NCBI GenBank assembly: GCA_951406725.2
Contig: OX597828.1
Coordinates: 32,736,001-32,800,000, forward strand
From: Octopus vulgaris
Taxonomy: Eukaryota
Reading direction: 5' to 3'
DNA length: 64,000 nt
Part shown: in pieces, positions 1-12,351 of the stretch
Layout of the letters: each line of letters begins with the position of its first letter
Position numbering within the stretch: the first letter of the stretch is position 1
Position numbers and translations under genes: made by a program
The notes under the pieces: generated by a model
Seen by the model: only the letters and a program-made list of their open reading frames with translations
Databases searched by the model: none
Told to the model about the DNA's origin: nothing

Positions 1-29
1 TCAGGTATATACTTCTCTTTGCACAGGTT

Positions 30-75
30 CATGGACATGGATTTGGGGGGCACGCGACCAGGTTAGAAACCATTG
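30..75. mobile_element. possible hAT-like DNA transposon terminus (other end not seen)
   Basis: The reverse complement reads CAATGGTTTCTAACCTGGTCGCGTGCCCCCC, resembling CAGTGGTTCYYAACCT-type hAT/Charlie TIRs. Only one end is visible. Confidence 0.3.
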
Positions 76-763
76 CCTAAGTTACCGAAGCACTCGCTGT
101 GAAGCATGTAGTATAATGGTTTCAAGGAAAGAATTCTTAGCCGTAAAGCTTATAGCCTCAGATTACCAAGAACGCATTATCAATGACAGTGAATTCTAAA
201 GATGTTAAGTAAAATGCAATGTAATGAATATAGATTATTTATTTTCATATACAAAATGCAATTAAACCACTTTTATTTTTTCGAATGAAATTGCATATTA
301 ACTACAACGTAATTCCATTCTCAATTTTAGGAGAAATATATTCACGAAATTTCATAACAAAATCTAAATAAATATTTTGTGAGCTTTGTTTTATATTTTA
401 AAACCAGGCTATCCCTGATAGTAGAGCTATAACCACATATATAATAGTCATATATGTCCAAGTTACAGCAGACCTATTTTTTATAATGTTGGATGTCATA
501 CGAGAAAGATCTAACTAGTATTTTAACAGATAAGTAAATAACACAATGAACATAATTCTAATTTAAGACTGCCTTATATAGAAGATCTTGCAACCATTTA
601 ATTAGGAAAAGAGACAGGTCTCCTCTGAGATGCAGTCAATAAACGACTAAAACTCTATCGGGAGATTCCCACTTCTCAACGCATTAGTCATGAAGAATTA
701 GTTTACATTTTTAACTGACAGAGATTCAAATCTTTTATATACATGTGTGTGTGTGTAATGTCT

Positions 764-768
<5 letters not shown>

Positions 769-850
<82 letters not shown>
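769..850. repeat. (GTA)n microsatellite
   Basis: Perfect trinucleotide run seen directly. Confidence 0.98.
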
Positions 851-851
<1 letters not shown>

Positions 852-1438
852 ACGGATACTGTGCAGGCATAAAACAATCTAGCAAAGCAAAGTAGCTGGG
901 AATTTTGTCCTCATGTTTAGTTCAATCTGCGATTGATGTGACTTCACTTCCGTTCATCCATTAACAACTTTGAGAAAAGTGGATTACGTTACAGCTTCGG
1001 TTCCGTCTTTAATAAATTTTACTTTTTGTTATCTGTAAAAATAATCATGTATCTGATAGCAGAAATGTACTCATTGATAGTAGAACTAGCAAGTAGCCTC
1101 ACAATATGCTATATAGCAATTATTTTTGTGCAAGATTTAATCGTAGGCTTTAGCGATAGATATCCGACTTGAACAAGAAATTTTAACTCACTATGGTGGT
1201 TTAAAAATGCAGGCATCTTGGTCTTTCCCTCGAACCAAATGTGTTATTTAAATCAAGCGTTGCTGTATCTGTGTATAATTTCGATTAAAGTGGTATATGC
1301 TATGACGCACTTATTTAAAATTGGATACTGTGGTAGCGATGGAAGGAATAGTTTTCCTTCCCGAATTCTGTAGTCGCGATGTCGCCAATAACACTCACTT
1401 TTATGAGAATACAAATAAAATATGGATGCAGGCATGTA

Positions 1439-1532
<94 letters not shown>

Positions 1533-1560
1533 TTAATAATAATAATGATGATGATGATGT

Positions 1561-1606
<46 letters not shown>

Positions 1607-1607
1607 A
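1439..1607. repeat. compound (AAT)n-(GAT)n microsatellite
   Basis: Seen directly. Confidence 0.98.
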
Positions 1608-1892
1608 ACAACATGTAAAGAAATTAGTCCAAAAATGTTTTCTGTTGATTTTTATAAAAATCTAAATAACTCGCCAGTTTGAAAGATGTAGAACAGCAGC
1701 TTAGCTTATGACGTCTATTGTGGCAGAAATAGCACTTACATATTTGCATTTGTCTCAAGACAGTTAGTCTGCATTTGTTTTTATGTAATATCTATTGTGG
1801 AGAATTACTGATAATTATGATTGTTTTCTATCCTCAATAAGAATTTATCTTAATTCACAAACAGACGATTTTGTCTGCGATTTTGTCATAGT

Positions 1893-2345
1893 ATGTCACA
1901 AAGAGCCATTGTTAAATAGGGTGTTAAACTTGAGAAGTCTGCTACAGAGACGTTGAGCATGCTTCAGCAAGTTTACGGTTACGTTACAATGGCTCATGCG
2001 CAATGTTTCAAGTGGCAGGGGCGCTCTAAAAGTGGAAGAACATCCTTGGAAGATGATGAGTGATCCGGAAGAACTTCCTGGCGCATCACTCCCGGAAATG
2101 TGATATTGTGCATAGAGAATTCGTCGGCCGGTGACAGACGTCAATTGAGATTTCTACTGAGACGTTTTGAAGCATTTAAGGGAGGACATTCGGCGAAAGT
2201 GACCGATTTGTGGATCGCGAACAACTGGATATTGCACCGACCTCTCCTCACTCGTGAGTTTCTCGACAAAAACTCTTCTACAGCCTCCCGATTCGCCAGA
2301 TTAAGCACAGGGCTTCCATCTGTTTTCGAAGATGAAAATGCAGTA
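1893..2345 (+). mobile_element. mariner transposase remnant (deleted, with stops)
   Basis: Translates MSQRAIVK*GVKLEKSATETLSMLQQVYG...CFKWQGRSKSGRTSLEDDE*SGR (mariner N-terminal HTH). Later frames give [14 protein letters not shown] and [17 protein letters not shown] (YSPDLAP-like). Confidence 0.85.
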
Positions 2346-2353
2346 GATTCATG

Positions 2354-2362
2354 TATACATAC

Positions 2363-2453
<91 letters not shown>

Positions 2454-2458
2454 CATAC

Positions 2459-2489
<31 letters not shown>

Positions 2490-2620
2490 CATATATATAT
2501 ATATATATGTATATATATGTACATATATATATAGACATAGCTACGTATATATATATATATATATATACATACATATGTGTATATATATATACACACACAC
2601 ATAGATACATACATACATAC
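2354..2620. repeat. compound (TACA)n/(TA)n/(TG)n microsatellite
   Basis: Seen directly; it explains the overlapping YIYI/CVCV ORFs. Confidence 0.97.
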
Positions 2621-2730
2621 CCGGAATTATATATTTGTCTGCGGAACGGTGGGAAGTCAAGATGCTGCAAATCAAACCTTCTTCTAGAACACATAAGCAT
2701 GCATGTGATGGAAATGGCAGCGATAATGAG

Positions 2731-2760
2731 GGTGGTGGTGGTGGTGGTGGTGGTGGTGGT
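2731..2760. repeat. (GGT)n microsatellite
   Basis: Seen directly. Confidence 0.95.
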
Positions 2761-3772
2761 ACCACCAATTATCATGACAACGATAATATTCTTATTGTTT
2801 ATGACAGAAAAGTGTTTGAGAAGCGTGAGTTTGGAAAGAAAAAAAGGACAACGATCAGATGAATTTGATTGAGAGACGTTAAGTAACATGAAAGAATAAA
2901 TGAAGCTTTTATACCTAATATTTTGACAGTAAACATGACAGCTTAATATGCAGCTGATAAAGTGTACGTATTAAATAAACTTACGTTTCTACACATAGAA
3001 AATGAAAATGTCGAGATAGAAGCTATCTTATATCGAAATTTTGAAAGGAGTTTCAAGATGCTTATATAAACGTCAACATTTAGACAATAGAAATAAATTT
3101 TCGTTAAAGTTTGAAGCTTTATTAAAAGTGACAGTCTTGTTGAATTGTCATTTTTGGTGAAAGAAAGTAGAATATTATCATTGTAATGATGTATTTTTCT
3201 AAGTTATTCTTTCGACGAGTTTAATGTTTCAAACACACCTAGATTAAATGAGTCTGTTGTATCATTGCATCGCTTACTGAAATGCATACGTTTGTATAGA
3301 CATACTCGGAAATACACCAGCATAAACACAAGTAAATGAATGTATATGTATGCCAACGTCTATCCACGAACACGTGACCGCAATAACGTATCCCATTTTA
3401 TCTTAAAACGTTGACCCCACAATGTTGGCTCAACGTAGTCGTTGTCACTGTAAGTGGAAGAGATTTGAACTGTGTTGTTTTATATGCCACATCACGTGGA
3501 AACAATCATAACTGGACAGATTTTCACCTTATAAATGTTACGTCAGGTCTGACATAGCACAGACATTGATTAGCACAACCTAATTACTATGCATATATAC
3601 GTGTTGCATGTGTCTCTGGACTCTCGATTTGGGATTTTTCTAAGCTTAGATTTAATATCGTGTTAAAGTGCTTTTAGAAACCAGTCCCGCTTACTATCTA
3701 ATCGAAATATCCTTCACTAAGTACTAAAATATATCTCCTAAATAACTGAAGGGGTTAACCAAGTATATTTTG

Positions 3773-4046
3773 CCTTTTATCTGTTTCAGACATTAGACTG
3801 CGACCATGATGGAGCACAACCTTGAAAAATTTTTAGTGGCATGTATTGATCTCAGTACTCATTACTTTTAAAGCTTGGTTCTTAGTCTATCGTCTCCCGG
3901 TTCTGAACCGCTAAGTTGCGGAGATGTAAACGCAAAAGCACCGGTTGTCAGGCGTTGCGGGTGTCAGAGACACAAAGACACACACAGACATACATACAAA
4001 TATATAAATACACACACACACACACACACACACTCACACACACACT

Positions 4047-4091
<45 letters not shown>

Positions 4092-4269
4092 GTATATGCG
4101 ACAGGATTCTTTCAGTTTCCCTCAACCAAATCCACAATCCACGTAGAATGATTTGGTCGGCCGGAAGCCATGTTAGAAGACAGTTGCCCAAAGTGCCATG
4201 CAGTGGGACTGAACTCTGGACCATGTATTGGAGAAGCATGCTACTTAGTGCCCAGTCAGGCTTGTGCCT
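3773..4269 (-). mobile_element. tRNA-derived SINE family A, diverged copy
   Basis: Colinear with the young copies at 52052-52447 and 58263-58710 (GAACCGCTAAGT, internal (CA)/(TA) run, CTTTCAGTTTCC, GCAGTGGGACTGAAC). Confidence 0.85.
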
Positions 4270-6643
4270 TTCTTGAAATAATTAAAACTTCATATGAAGT
4301 CAATGAATCCAAAACGTCCCTGTAATAATAGACTCCCTGGGAGAGACTGAAAGGTTCCCTTACAAATGTACAGTGAATACCTTAGGTTTTACTACTATGC
4401 ACAACATAGAAAAGGGAGATGTTAAGCCCTAAATATATATTACAGACATCCGTGAAAATACGATAAAAATATAAAACAAAAACACATCTCTGAAATTATC
4501 GAACGAATGCAGATCTTCATTTGTTTTTTCTTTTTGGCACATTGAAAATACCCAATAAAAAACACAACTTCTAACGAATAATGACTAAAACTAATGGGTC
4601 TACAAACACTTAAGTGATCCAAATAAAAAAAAGAAGCAGTTGAAAAAATTCTATAGTATTTAGAGACACGAGTCTTTATTGCCTTTGAAAAAAACCCACA
4701 CACGTTTTTTTTATTGGATAATGCAAACCGACAACAGAAGGAGATGAAATCTTCAAGAAATAAAAATGTCATTAATATTTGAGACATAGTTATGTCTCAA
4801 TTTTAGAAATTAAGATAAAAATAATAACCGCTGCAAGTATACATAGTAGCTGAAAACCGTCTGCGTTTGTTTACAGCTTTGTTTTAGATCTTTTCAAAAC
4901 TGGGAAGATAATGACCCTGATTAATTTCAGGCCCTCTGGTAGTTGGTCTATACAACACTTCCAGCATCTATCTTCAAACCGCTTTGAAACAATCTGTACA
5001 AAAATCTAGATGGCATTTCGGTTGCAAGGCAGTAATTATCCTCAAGCGAATACCTATGATGTCTCGGTCGAATTCCTGCACGTACAACAGATCAGATTTT
5101 AGCCCAAATTCTGATATTGGTGTTAGTGATATTGCCGTTGGTGTTTCTATAACACGGATATTAGATGTGAAATGATCTAGAATTCAACGATAGCAGTGTT
5201 GATCTTTTTTTTAAGAAAAAGAAAATGTTTTTCGTTTTTGCAGAACAAAAATAATGTATTGATATCTAATATTTATTTGACTGGTGATTTTTTTATTCAA
5301 TTGTGAGTTCTAAAATAACCTCTACCGGAATTTGAACCAGGAATGTAAAAGTATGTAGTTATATACAGCAAGGTATTGTGTTGGCTGCAGTATTAATCGT
5401 TACCATCCACCTGCTCTTTACATTCCTATATTCCTAATAATGATTACTTGCGTTGGTGTAAGGTCAGAAATTAGTACGCCGGATTTTAGTGTTCTTTTGA
5501 ATCTACCCAAGTGCATTCTACGCATTTATTTTATCAAACCCATCGGAATTGAAAAATACAAATTACTGCTGCCTATGACCTTTATCACTATTGAAAACGA
5601 ATGAATGAAAGAGAAGAATTGGAATCAGCAAATGTACACACTTTGTAGAAACCTCATGAATGCACAGTGGAAAGAATACTGACAACTTCTCTAAAGAATC
5701 TGTATGATCAAGTTATAAAAAAAAAATTCTTCGTCACTATCTTAATGCGAATAATTTCTTGGACATCACGAGGGATCATTCTATAACCATTTCGACCATA
5801 AATTTTATGAACCGCGTGAAGAAATATTACTTGCATATTGGCACTACTTTGCATAGACAATTTACTGATAACTAACTACACATGATGTGTAGATATTTTG
5901 AACAATGCTTAAGAGATGATAAAGACAGTGAAAGAAAATCGAACGTGGAACGGAACAATGGATGTGAGCAAAATAAATGGAGTTTTTAGCAATAAAGGAA
6001 GTCGGTGCTGTTTATGGGTCATACAAGCTAAGATTCTCTAACAAAGAGCATTTCATCTCATTCCTTGGAGTAAAAGCAATTAGGCTTTGTTGTTAGTAGA
6101 TCTATGGAAATATGAGTCGAAGAAAAAATTGATCGTTGGGAATATTTAAATATAATATAACGTAATAAGTCAAAGACTTTAGTGAAAAAGCCTTTAAGTC
6201 TCTTGGTGATATAAGAAGGAAGTAGAACGCGATGCACTACAGAACTAAATTTCATTTCTCTGAAAGATGGGATCAAATGCTGTGGTGCGTTTTGTTTTTC
6301 ATTTCTTTATTTTAGTTTTGCTACATATCAGGTCACAGCGAGCAGGTGCAATTATCTAAGTACGTTCCGCAATTGGCCATCGTTCTGATTTCGCTTTTCT
6401 TACGTTCAGTGAATGTATTTACACTATGAAATATTGCTTCTTAAGATTATAATTTTTGTGATTTGAAAGATGTTTGGTTGATAGACGTAACAACTGGACA
6501 GACGACGTGACGATTACCACATTGGTAAGGTAGATGGATTGAAGGAAAGATAAGGTTGACAAAAACATAGAACAAGAGTTGAAAATTAGAAGGACCCAGA
6601 GATGAGGTTGCCCATATACGTACATACACATATACATACATAT

Positions 6644-6914
6644 ATTATTGGGGCCCTGGGGTGCGTAATACACTGCCTAGATACCAATCTTGAGAAGTTA
6701 GGCTTCTGAAAACCAGAGAGGAGAAAGCTAATTCGAAGGCTACAGATCCAGTCCATCACTGGAACTGTAAAAATCTGTAAAAGTTTCCAGACGTTTATCA
6801 TCTAAATATATATGAGCATGTCTAGATATGCAACTATATGCATGAGAAGGGATACATAAAACACAGAAATCTGCACATACATTATACATGCATACATACA
6901 TACAAACATAAATG

Positions 6915-6948
<34 letters not shown>

Positions 6949-7054
6949 TATATATACATACATACATACAAAATTACCCTGTTGATGTTGAAATTCCAAT
7001 GAAGAAGTCTTAGATCTCTATTAGTAAGACATCTTGAAATAAAATTAATAAAGG
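6644..7054 (+). mobile_element. 3' end of an RLE-type (R4/Dong-like) non-LTR retrotransposon
   Basis: 6644-6805 translates IIGALGCVIHCLDTNLEKLGF*KPERRKLIRRLQIQSITGTVKICKSFQTFII*. This matches the C-terminal 'IGALG...LQ....GT..I' signature after the restriction-like endonuclease. A putative 3' UTR follows. Confidence 0.7.
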
Positions 7055-7184
7055 CATACATACATATATACATACATACATAAATATATACATACATACA
7101 TACATACATACATACATACATAAATACATACATACATAATATATACATACATACATATATATATATATTCATACATACATACAT

Positions 7185-7222
7185 ATGACCGCAGTCAAAT
7201 GACTGAAACAAGTAAAAGAATA
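7185..7222 (+). mobile_element. SINE family A 3' tail fragment
   Basis: ATGACCGCAGTCAAATGACTGAAACAAGTAAAAGA matches the tail of the full copy at 54651-55068. Confidence 0.75.
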
Positions 7223-7304
7223 TATATCAACATGTTCCATAAGCTACAAAGGCTATTACTTAATTTTGTGTGCTTCGTTGAATGGAGCAACGGGCAAATT
7301 AGAT

Positions 7305-7399
7305 GTTTTGCTCAAGAACATAACACACTGACGTGTCCTGGAACCGGACCATAGTCTTAAGATCATGAATGTGAGCCCTAACAACTAAACCATGCGCCT
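7305..7399 (-). mobile_element. tRNA-derived SINE head (family C), diverged
   Basis: The reverse complement GGCGCATGGTTTAGTTGTTAGGG...GGTTCCAGG...GTTCTTGAGCAA matches the heads at 55259 and 62327. Confidence 0.7.
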
Positions 7400-7419
7400 G
7401 TATGAAACGAGACATCCTT

Positions 7420-7865
7420 GATCTTATCAATCTCGAGATCGTGTACCATATTTTAACCCTGCGATTGCCACTCCTTTTCGTCCAAAGCATTACTGTTGCA
7501 GCTTCTGTGCACGAATTTGTTGGAAGCGGAGGGCTTGGATTTTCCCTGCATTAAATTGCATGTTGTTTTCCTCAGTCTATTTATTACATATGATATCTAG
7601 GTCTGTCTGCAGAAGATTAGCATCAAAAGGTTTCTTGACTGCTTGTACTACTTCCGTGTCGTCGGTATTGCTAGCAAGGGCAGCTGTTTGTGTAACAGAT
7701 GGCATGTCTGAGAGAGCTCTCAAGAACAGCAGTGGCTCCAGTATAGTTCCCTGAGGACCTCCACTCTCTATTACTGTGTCCTTGGGGAGGGCTCCATTGG
7801 CTGCAGCAGCCTGTCTTCTGTCTTTTAAGAAGTCATACAACCACTCTCCAAATTTCCAAATGTTG
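7420..7865 (-). mobile_element. CR1/Jockey-group LINE reverse transcriptase fragment
   Basis: ORF 7577-7840 contains SGGPQGTILEPLLF (SGVPQGxxLGPLLF), NTDDT (YADDT) and LQTDL, preceded by EWLYDFL. Confidence 0.85.
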
Positions 7866-7963
7866 TACCGTGTAAATAAATGTGTTTGTGCAGTGAGTAC
7901 GGAGTTCTCTTCTCTAAGTAATCAGATGCTTTCTCCTTCTTTCGTGTATATTAAAGTCTTCTA

Positions 7964-8508
7964 TTGGGTTGACCGGAAGGTTTGTGCCGATTTTAAAGGA
8001 ACGAGAAAGCTCAATAAATACTTGCCATTACATTTTTAATCAACCAAATATGAACCGTTTTGTTGCACAATGCGTCTCCATCTTTCCTTTAACTTGAAAA
8101 TACCCTCTTCCCAGAATTCAGGTAGTTTCATAGCAAATAATTCATCAAGTTATCTTTTTACGTCATCCAAGGAATTGAAATTTTTACCATTAAGACTATT
8201 CTACAGAGACCTGAATAGTGGAAATCCGAAGGAACAATATCTGGTGAATATGTAGGGTGGGGTAACACATCCCAGCCGAGCTGCAGCAATTTTTGTTTGC
8301 CGAAAATGAATTTTATTATCTTCCATTTTAAAGGGTTACAGAATTAACACAGGTTATAGGAACATAAACCTTCTTCCACAAAAAGATAGATTAAATTGTG
8401 CTGTAAATAGAGGTGTAGTCAAATCCTATTTTATGAACTCAACCATGATCTAAAATAAGTCGAAATATAAGCTACTATAAATCGGCACGAATTTTCGGGA
8501 CAACCCAA
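7964..8508 (-). mobile_element. internally deleted mariner element with both TIRs and TA target duplication
   Basis: TA|TTGGGTTGACCGGAAGGTTTGTGCCGATTT at 7962 and AAATCGGCACGAATTTTCGGGACAACCCAA|TA ending at 8510. The minus strand encodes QKLLQLGWDVLPHPTYSPDIVPSDFH and FWEEGIFKLKERWRRIVQQNGSY. Confidence 0.92.
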
Positions 8509-8529
8509 TATAACAAACATGCAAAAAAT

Positions 8530-8819
8530 AATCGAGGACACCATGTTTATCATACGGTGAGTCAACAATCGAGGAATCATGTTTATCTTACAGTGAGTCA
8601 ACAATCGCGGAATCATGTCTATCTTACGGTGAGTCAACAATCGAGGAATCATGTTTATCTTACGGTGAGTCAACAATCGAGGAATCATGTTTATCTTACG
8701 GTGAGTCAACAATCGAGGACACCATGTTTATCTTACGGTGAGTCAACCATCGAGGAATCATGTCTATCTTACGGTGAGTCAACAATCGAGGAATCATGTC
8801 TATCTTACGGTGAGTCAAT
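8530..8819. repeat. 36-bp minisatellite, 8 units
   Basis: Unit AATCGAGGAATCATGTTTATCTTACGGTGAGTCAAC. Units 1 and 6 are a 37-bp GACACC variant. Confidence 0.97.
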
Positions 8820-9149
8820 CCGGCATTAGAAGATTCAATGTGAAATCCATGATATTCTTATTAGAGTACTTGAATTCAGTCGTCAAAACTAGCACAAGCC
8901 ACGCAGTGGCTATTAGCAACGGTAACTTATAGCAACAGTAACTTATATTTTTTATAAGTACCTTTCTCTTAATTTCCATGATGGGTACGTCGTCGCAGCG
9001 TGACTCGGAATGCGTTTGTCAATGAATCACAACATAGTATGACTCGTTTGATATAAACAAGTCAAAATGCGGCGAAAACCTGTATGAGCTATAATTTCTT
9101 CAAGATGTGTAATTTCTTTCTTTTTAGCCTGTACGTGTTGTTTTTTGTC

Positions 9150-9158
9150 TATTATTAA

Positions 9159-9192
<34 letters not shown>

Positions 9193-9238
9193 ATTATTAT
9201 TATTATTATTATTAGTATTAGTATTATTATTATTACTA

Positions 9239-9311
<73 letters not shown>

Positions 9312-9326
9312 TATTATTATTATTAC

Positions 9327-9404
<78 letters not shown>

Positions 9405-9434
9405 TACTATTATTATTATTATTATTATTATTGC

Positions 9435-9495
<61 letters not shown>

Positions 9496-9513
9496 GTTAT
9501 TATTATTATTATT
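9150..9513. repeat. long interrupted (ATT)n microsatellite
   Basis: Seen directly; source of the poly-N/I/L ORFs. Confidence 0.98.
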
Positions 9514-9806
9514 TTGATATGACAAATACAATCAAGAATTTATTTCCGATACTATAATAGCAATATTCAACAGGTAAGTGGCTGTACACTCCGAGAAGAC
9601 TATATTTACCAAACCGTTGTGCACGTTGGACAAAACATTATTATTGTCTTTTTGGTCAATTATCCGACTGTCTAGATAGCCATTGATAAATTTTGCATTG
9701 TCTTTTCACATCGTGAAAGTACACGTTGATGAATTTAGTTTTATTGTTCGACACAAATTACTAGCTGCCCTCTGTCTTCTTCTTCTTCTGCTTTTATTTT
9801 TTTTTC

Positions 9807-9825
9807 TACTACTACTAATACTACA

Positions 9826-9902
<77 letters not shown>

Positions 9903-10086
9903 CACCGCCACCACCACCACCACCACCAACAACACTACTACCACTACTACTACTACTACTACCACCACCACCACCGAGGCCGTCGCCGCCACCATCACTA
10001 TCACCACCACCACTACTACTACTACTACAACAACAACAACAACTACTACTGCTACTACTACTACTTCTACTATTAATACTACTACT
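9807..10086. repeat. compound (CTA)n/(CCA)n/(CAA)n microsatellite
   Basis: Seen directly. Confidence 0.96.
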
Positions 10087-10435
10087 TTTTTCTACGATAT
10101 CGTTTTTGCATGGTCTTTCTTCGTGTGCCTCATCCATTCCAGCATCACATACATTCTACTTCCACCTTGTTTCTTTCTTTCATATTGTACTTCAAAATGC
10201 CAGGTTATTCGGTTCATGGCATCATTAAACCTCTTTGTAATTGCGTGAGTTGTCTCCTACCATCACTCGTAGCGAAGATTGCCGTACGTATTCAATATAT
10301 ATATTGTTGTATTTTACATTATACTGGTTCTCATTTTCCACTTTGGAAAATATATTTGTCAGAAGTTGTTCAACTGGCGAATACTATACACACACACACA
10401 CACACACACACAAAACACGCACACATACACACAAT

Positions 10436-10466
<31 letters not shown>

Positions 10467-10481
10467 GGATGTATGGATATA

Positions 10482-10541
<60 letters not shown>

Positions 10542-11601
10542 TATGTGTGTGTGCGTGTATAAGTATATGTATATATGTGTGTGCGTCTGTTCGTGTGTGT
10601 TTGCGTATATATGTATGTATAATATTGTTCATTCTTATTTTGGGATTTATTTCCAATATAGAAAGAATCGGTTTCTAATCTAGATTCAAGCATCTTTCAT
10701 TGAAATTTTAAACAATGTCAGCAAGGTATTTGTGTATATGTGTATGTGTGTGAATATGTGCAATATTTGGAGTGAATCCAACCTCACATGTTTATGTTTT
10801 GTTGTATGTATGCTTATGTATATAATTGCATGTATATACATGCAAATATATATACTTAAATACTAAATATTTCGAAAGTTTTACAAATTACGATTATCAC
10901 ATTTCGGTGTTTTACACGCGCCTCAGTTTCATTTGTGTAGAGGGAATACGGTTGTTATTTCCTTTTCATCCAAATGCATACCTTTTAATATGAGATTTAA
11001 TGATCTCGCTGTTCCTCCACGATTGACTGCCTTGATTATCTATAGTGCTGTCATCCTGGAGGTTTCGGATAACATATACATGCATGTTCTGGTGATACTC
11101 ACTCATCTTTTCATCCGATGATACGCTGCCTCCTCATGTAATTTCCTTGAGCATGTGTTCAATTTCATCTGAGAGGGAATGTCTCTCGTGATACTGCTTC
11201 CGAATTCTAATAATGCTATGTGTACACATATATATATATATCTATTCATGAATGTATGTAAGCAAACGCACACATAAATACATACATTCATACATAGCTG
11301 CTTGCATATATACATATGTTGTGGCGAGAGTCGTGGCATCCCCTGCGAAAACAGACTTGACTGAACGGCTATAAGTAGTACCGGTCTGAGTGAGATACAG
11401 AAAGGCGTTAATCGCAGGAAGTCTTAAGGTGTCATTTTGGTAACTAATTTGTCGGAATATCATTTGTTGGCTCCGGTCTAGTTCGTGGAAAGTTTGTTGG
11501 ACTGTTACGTTGTTGTTACCCTGCTTTGTTAGATATTTTATTGTTATTCACGGTTATAGTGTAAACAAGTATCGACATAAATGGGGGCGATACTACAATA
11601 A

Positions 11602-12205
11602 CACTGGTCAACAGCCAATTTTCCTCAGGGATATTATATGGTGTTTTATATGTGGATTTGTCCGTAGATTTCAAAAAATGTAATCGGTTTCCTTCTATCA
11701 GGCGCAGTTTTTCTGATGAGATAAAGAGGTATATAACTCCCAGCAGCAGTATCGCCACACGTAAACGTCTTATACAGGTAAAATCTGATTTCTGTTTTAT
11801 AACTATTTATATTCATTTTGTAATTTTATGTTTCCATAATCATTTCTTTTCATAAACTTTACATTCTGATTAAAGTGCCAAGTCATCGTCATCATCAAAT
11901 TCTACTCAGGATGTCAAAGCATTGCAAGAACAGTCCTGATATATTTTGTCATGTATGTTGTTCATTTACCAGCAAAGCTCTGCAACGTGCTCTCACATGT
12001 GAAATCAAGAAGATCTACCAGTTATACTTTGGCTGTTCTCTCGGGGATCAAGATAAGAGTTGGGCCCCGCACATCATCTGCTCAGCTTGTTCAAATGAAC
12101 TAAGGGATTAGCTAAATTAGAGGAAGAGAGCAATGCCGTTTGCAATACCTATGATATGGGAGAGCCAAAGGATCATTTCATGGACTGCAAATTCTGCTAT
12201 AAACA
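11602..12205 (+). mobile_element. Chapaev3-like (CMC) DNA transposon, 5' end with N-terminal zinc-finger coding remnant
   Basis: Starts TAA|CACTGGTCAACA. Encodes MSKHCKNSPDIFCHVC...YFGCSLGDQDKSWAPHIICSAC...MPFAIPMIW/EPKDHFMDCKFC. I recognise GDQDKxWAPH plus the Cys-rich domain as Chapaev3-type; the 3' part is truncated. Confidence 0.75.
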
Positions 12206-12293
12206 ACAGCAACATCGCCCCCTATTGGAAAGACACATTCATGTAGCAAATAAACTTCACGATACATATATATATATATATATATATATCACG

Positions 12294-12351
<58 letters not shown>

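Noticed and set aside
703-2889. ORFs with poly-T/S/L/N/D and YIYI/CVCV runs (also at 9124-10693, 21402-21754, 32040-32360, 43634-43966, 59296-59795, 61092-61584)
   Set aside because: They are translations of microsatellites that lack stop codons in some frames; there is no domain evidence.
3365-3550. Two CACGTG E-boxes and a TTACGTCA CRE-like site close together
   Set aside because: Short motifs like these are expected by chance, and there is no promoter or conservation evidence.
8431-8932. Repetitive ORFs (VSQQSRNHVYLT)n and a possible CRISPR array
   Set aside because: The units are contiguous with no unique spacers and the context is eukaryotic. The ORFs arise from a 36-bp stop-free unit.
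10990-11215. Minus-strand FGSSITRD..DEI resembling an RTE RT segment
   Set aside because: Too short and decayed to call.
11710-11740. Other CTGATGA occurrences (11713, 15594, 27149, 40904, 58968) as hammerhead cores
   Set aside because: None is followed by a stem II and GAAA at suitable spacing.
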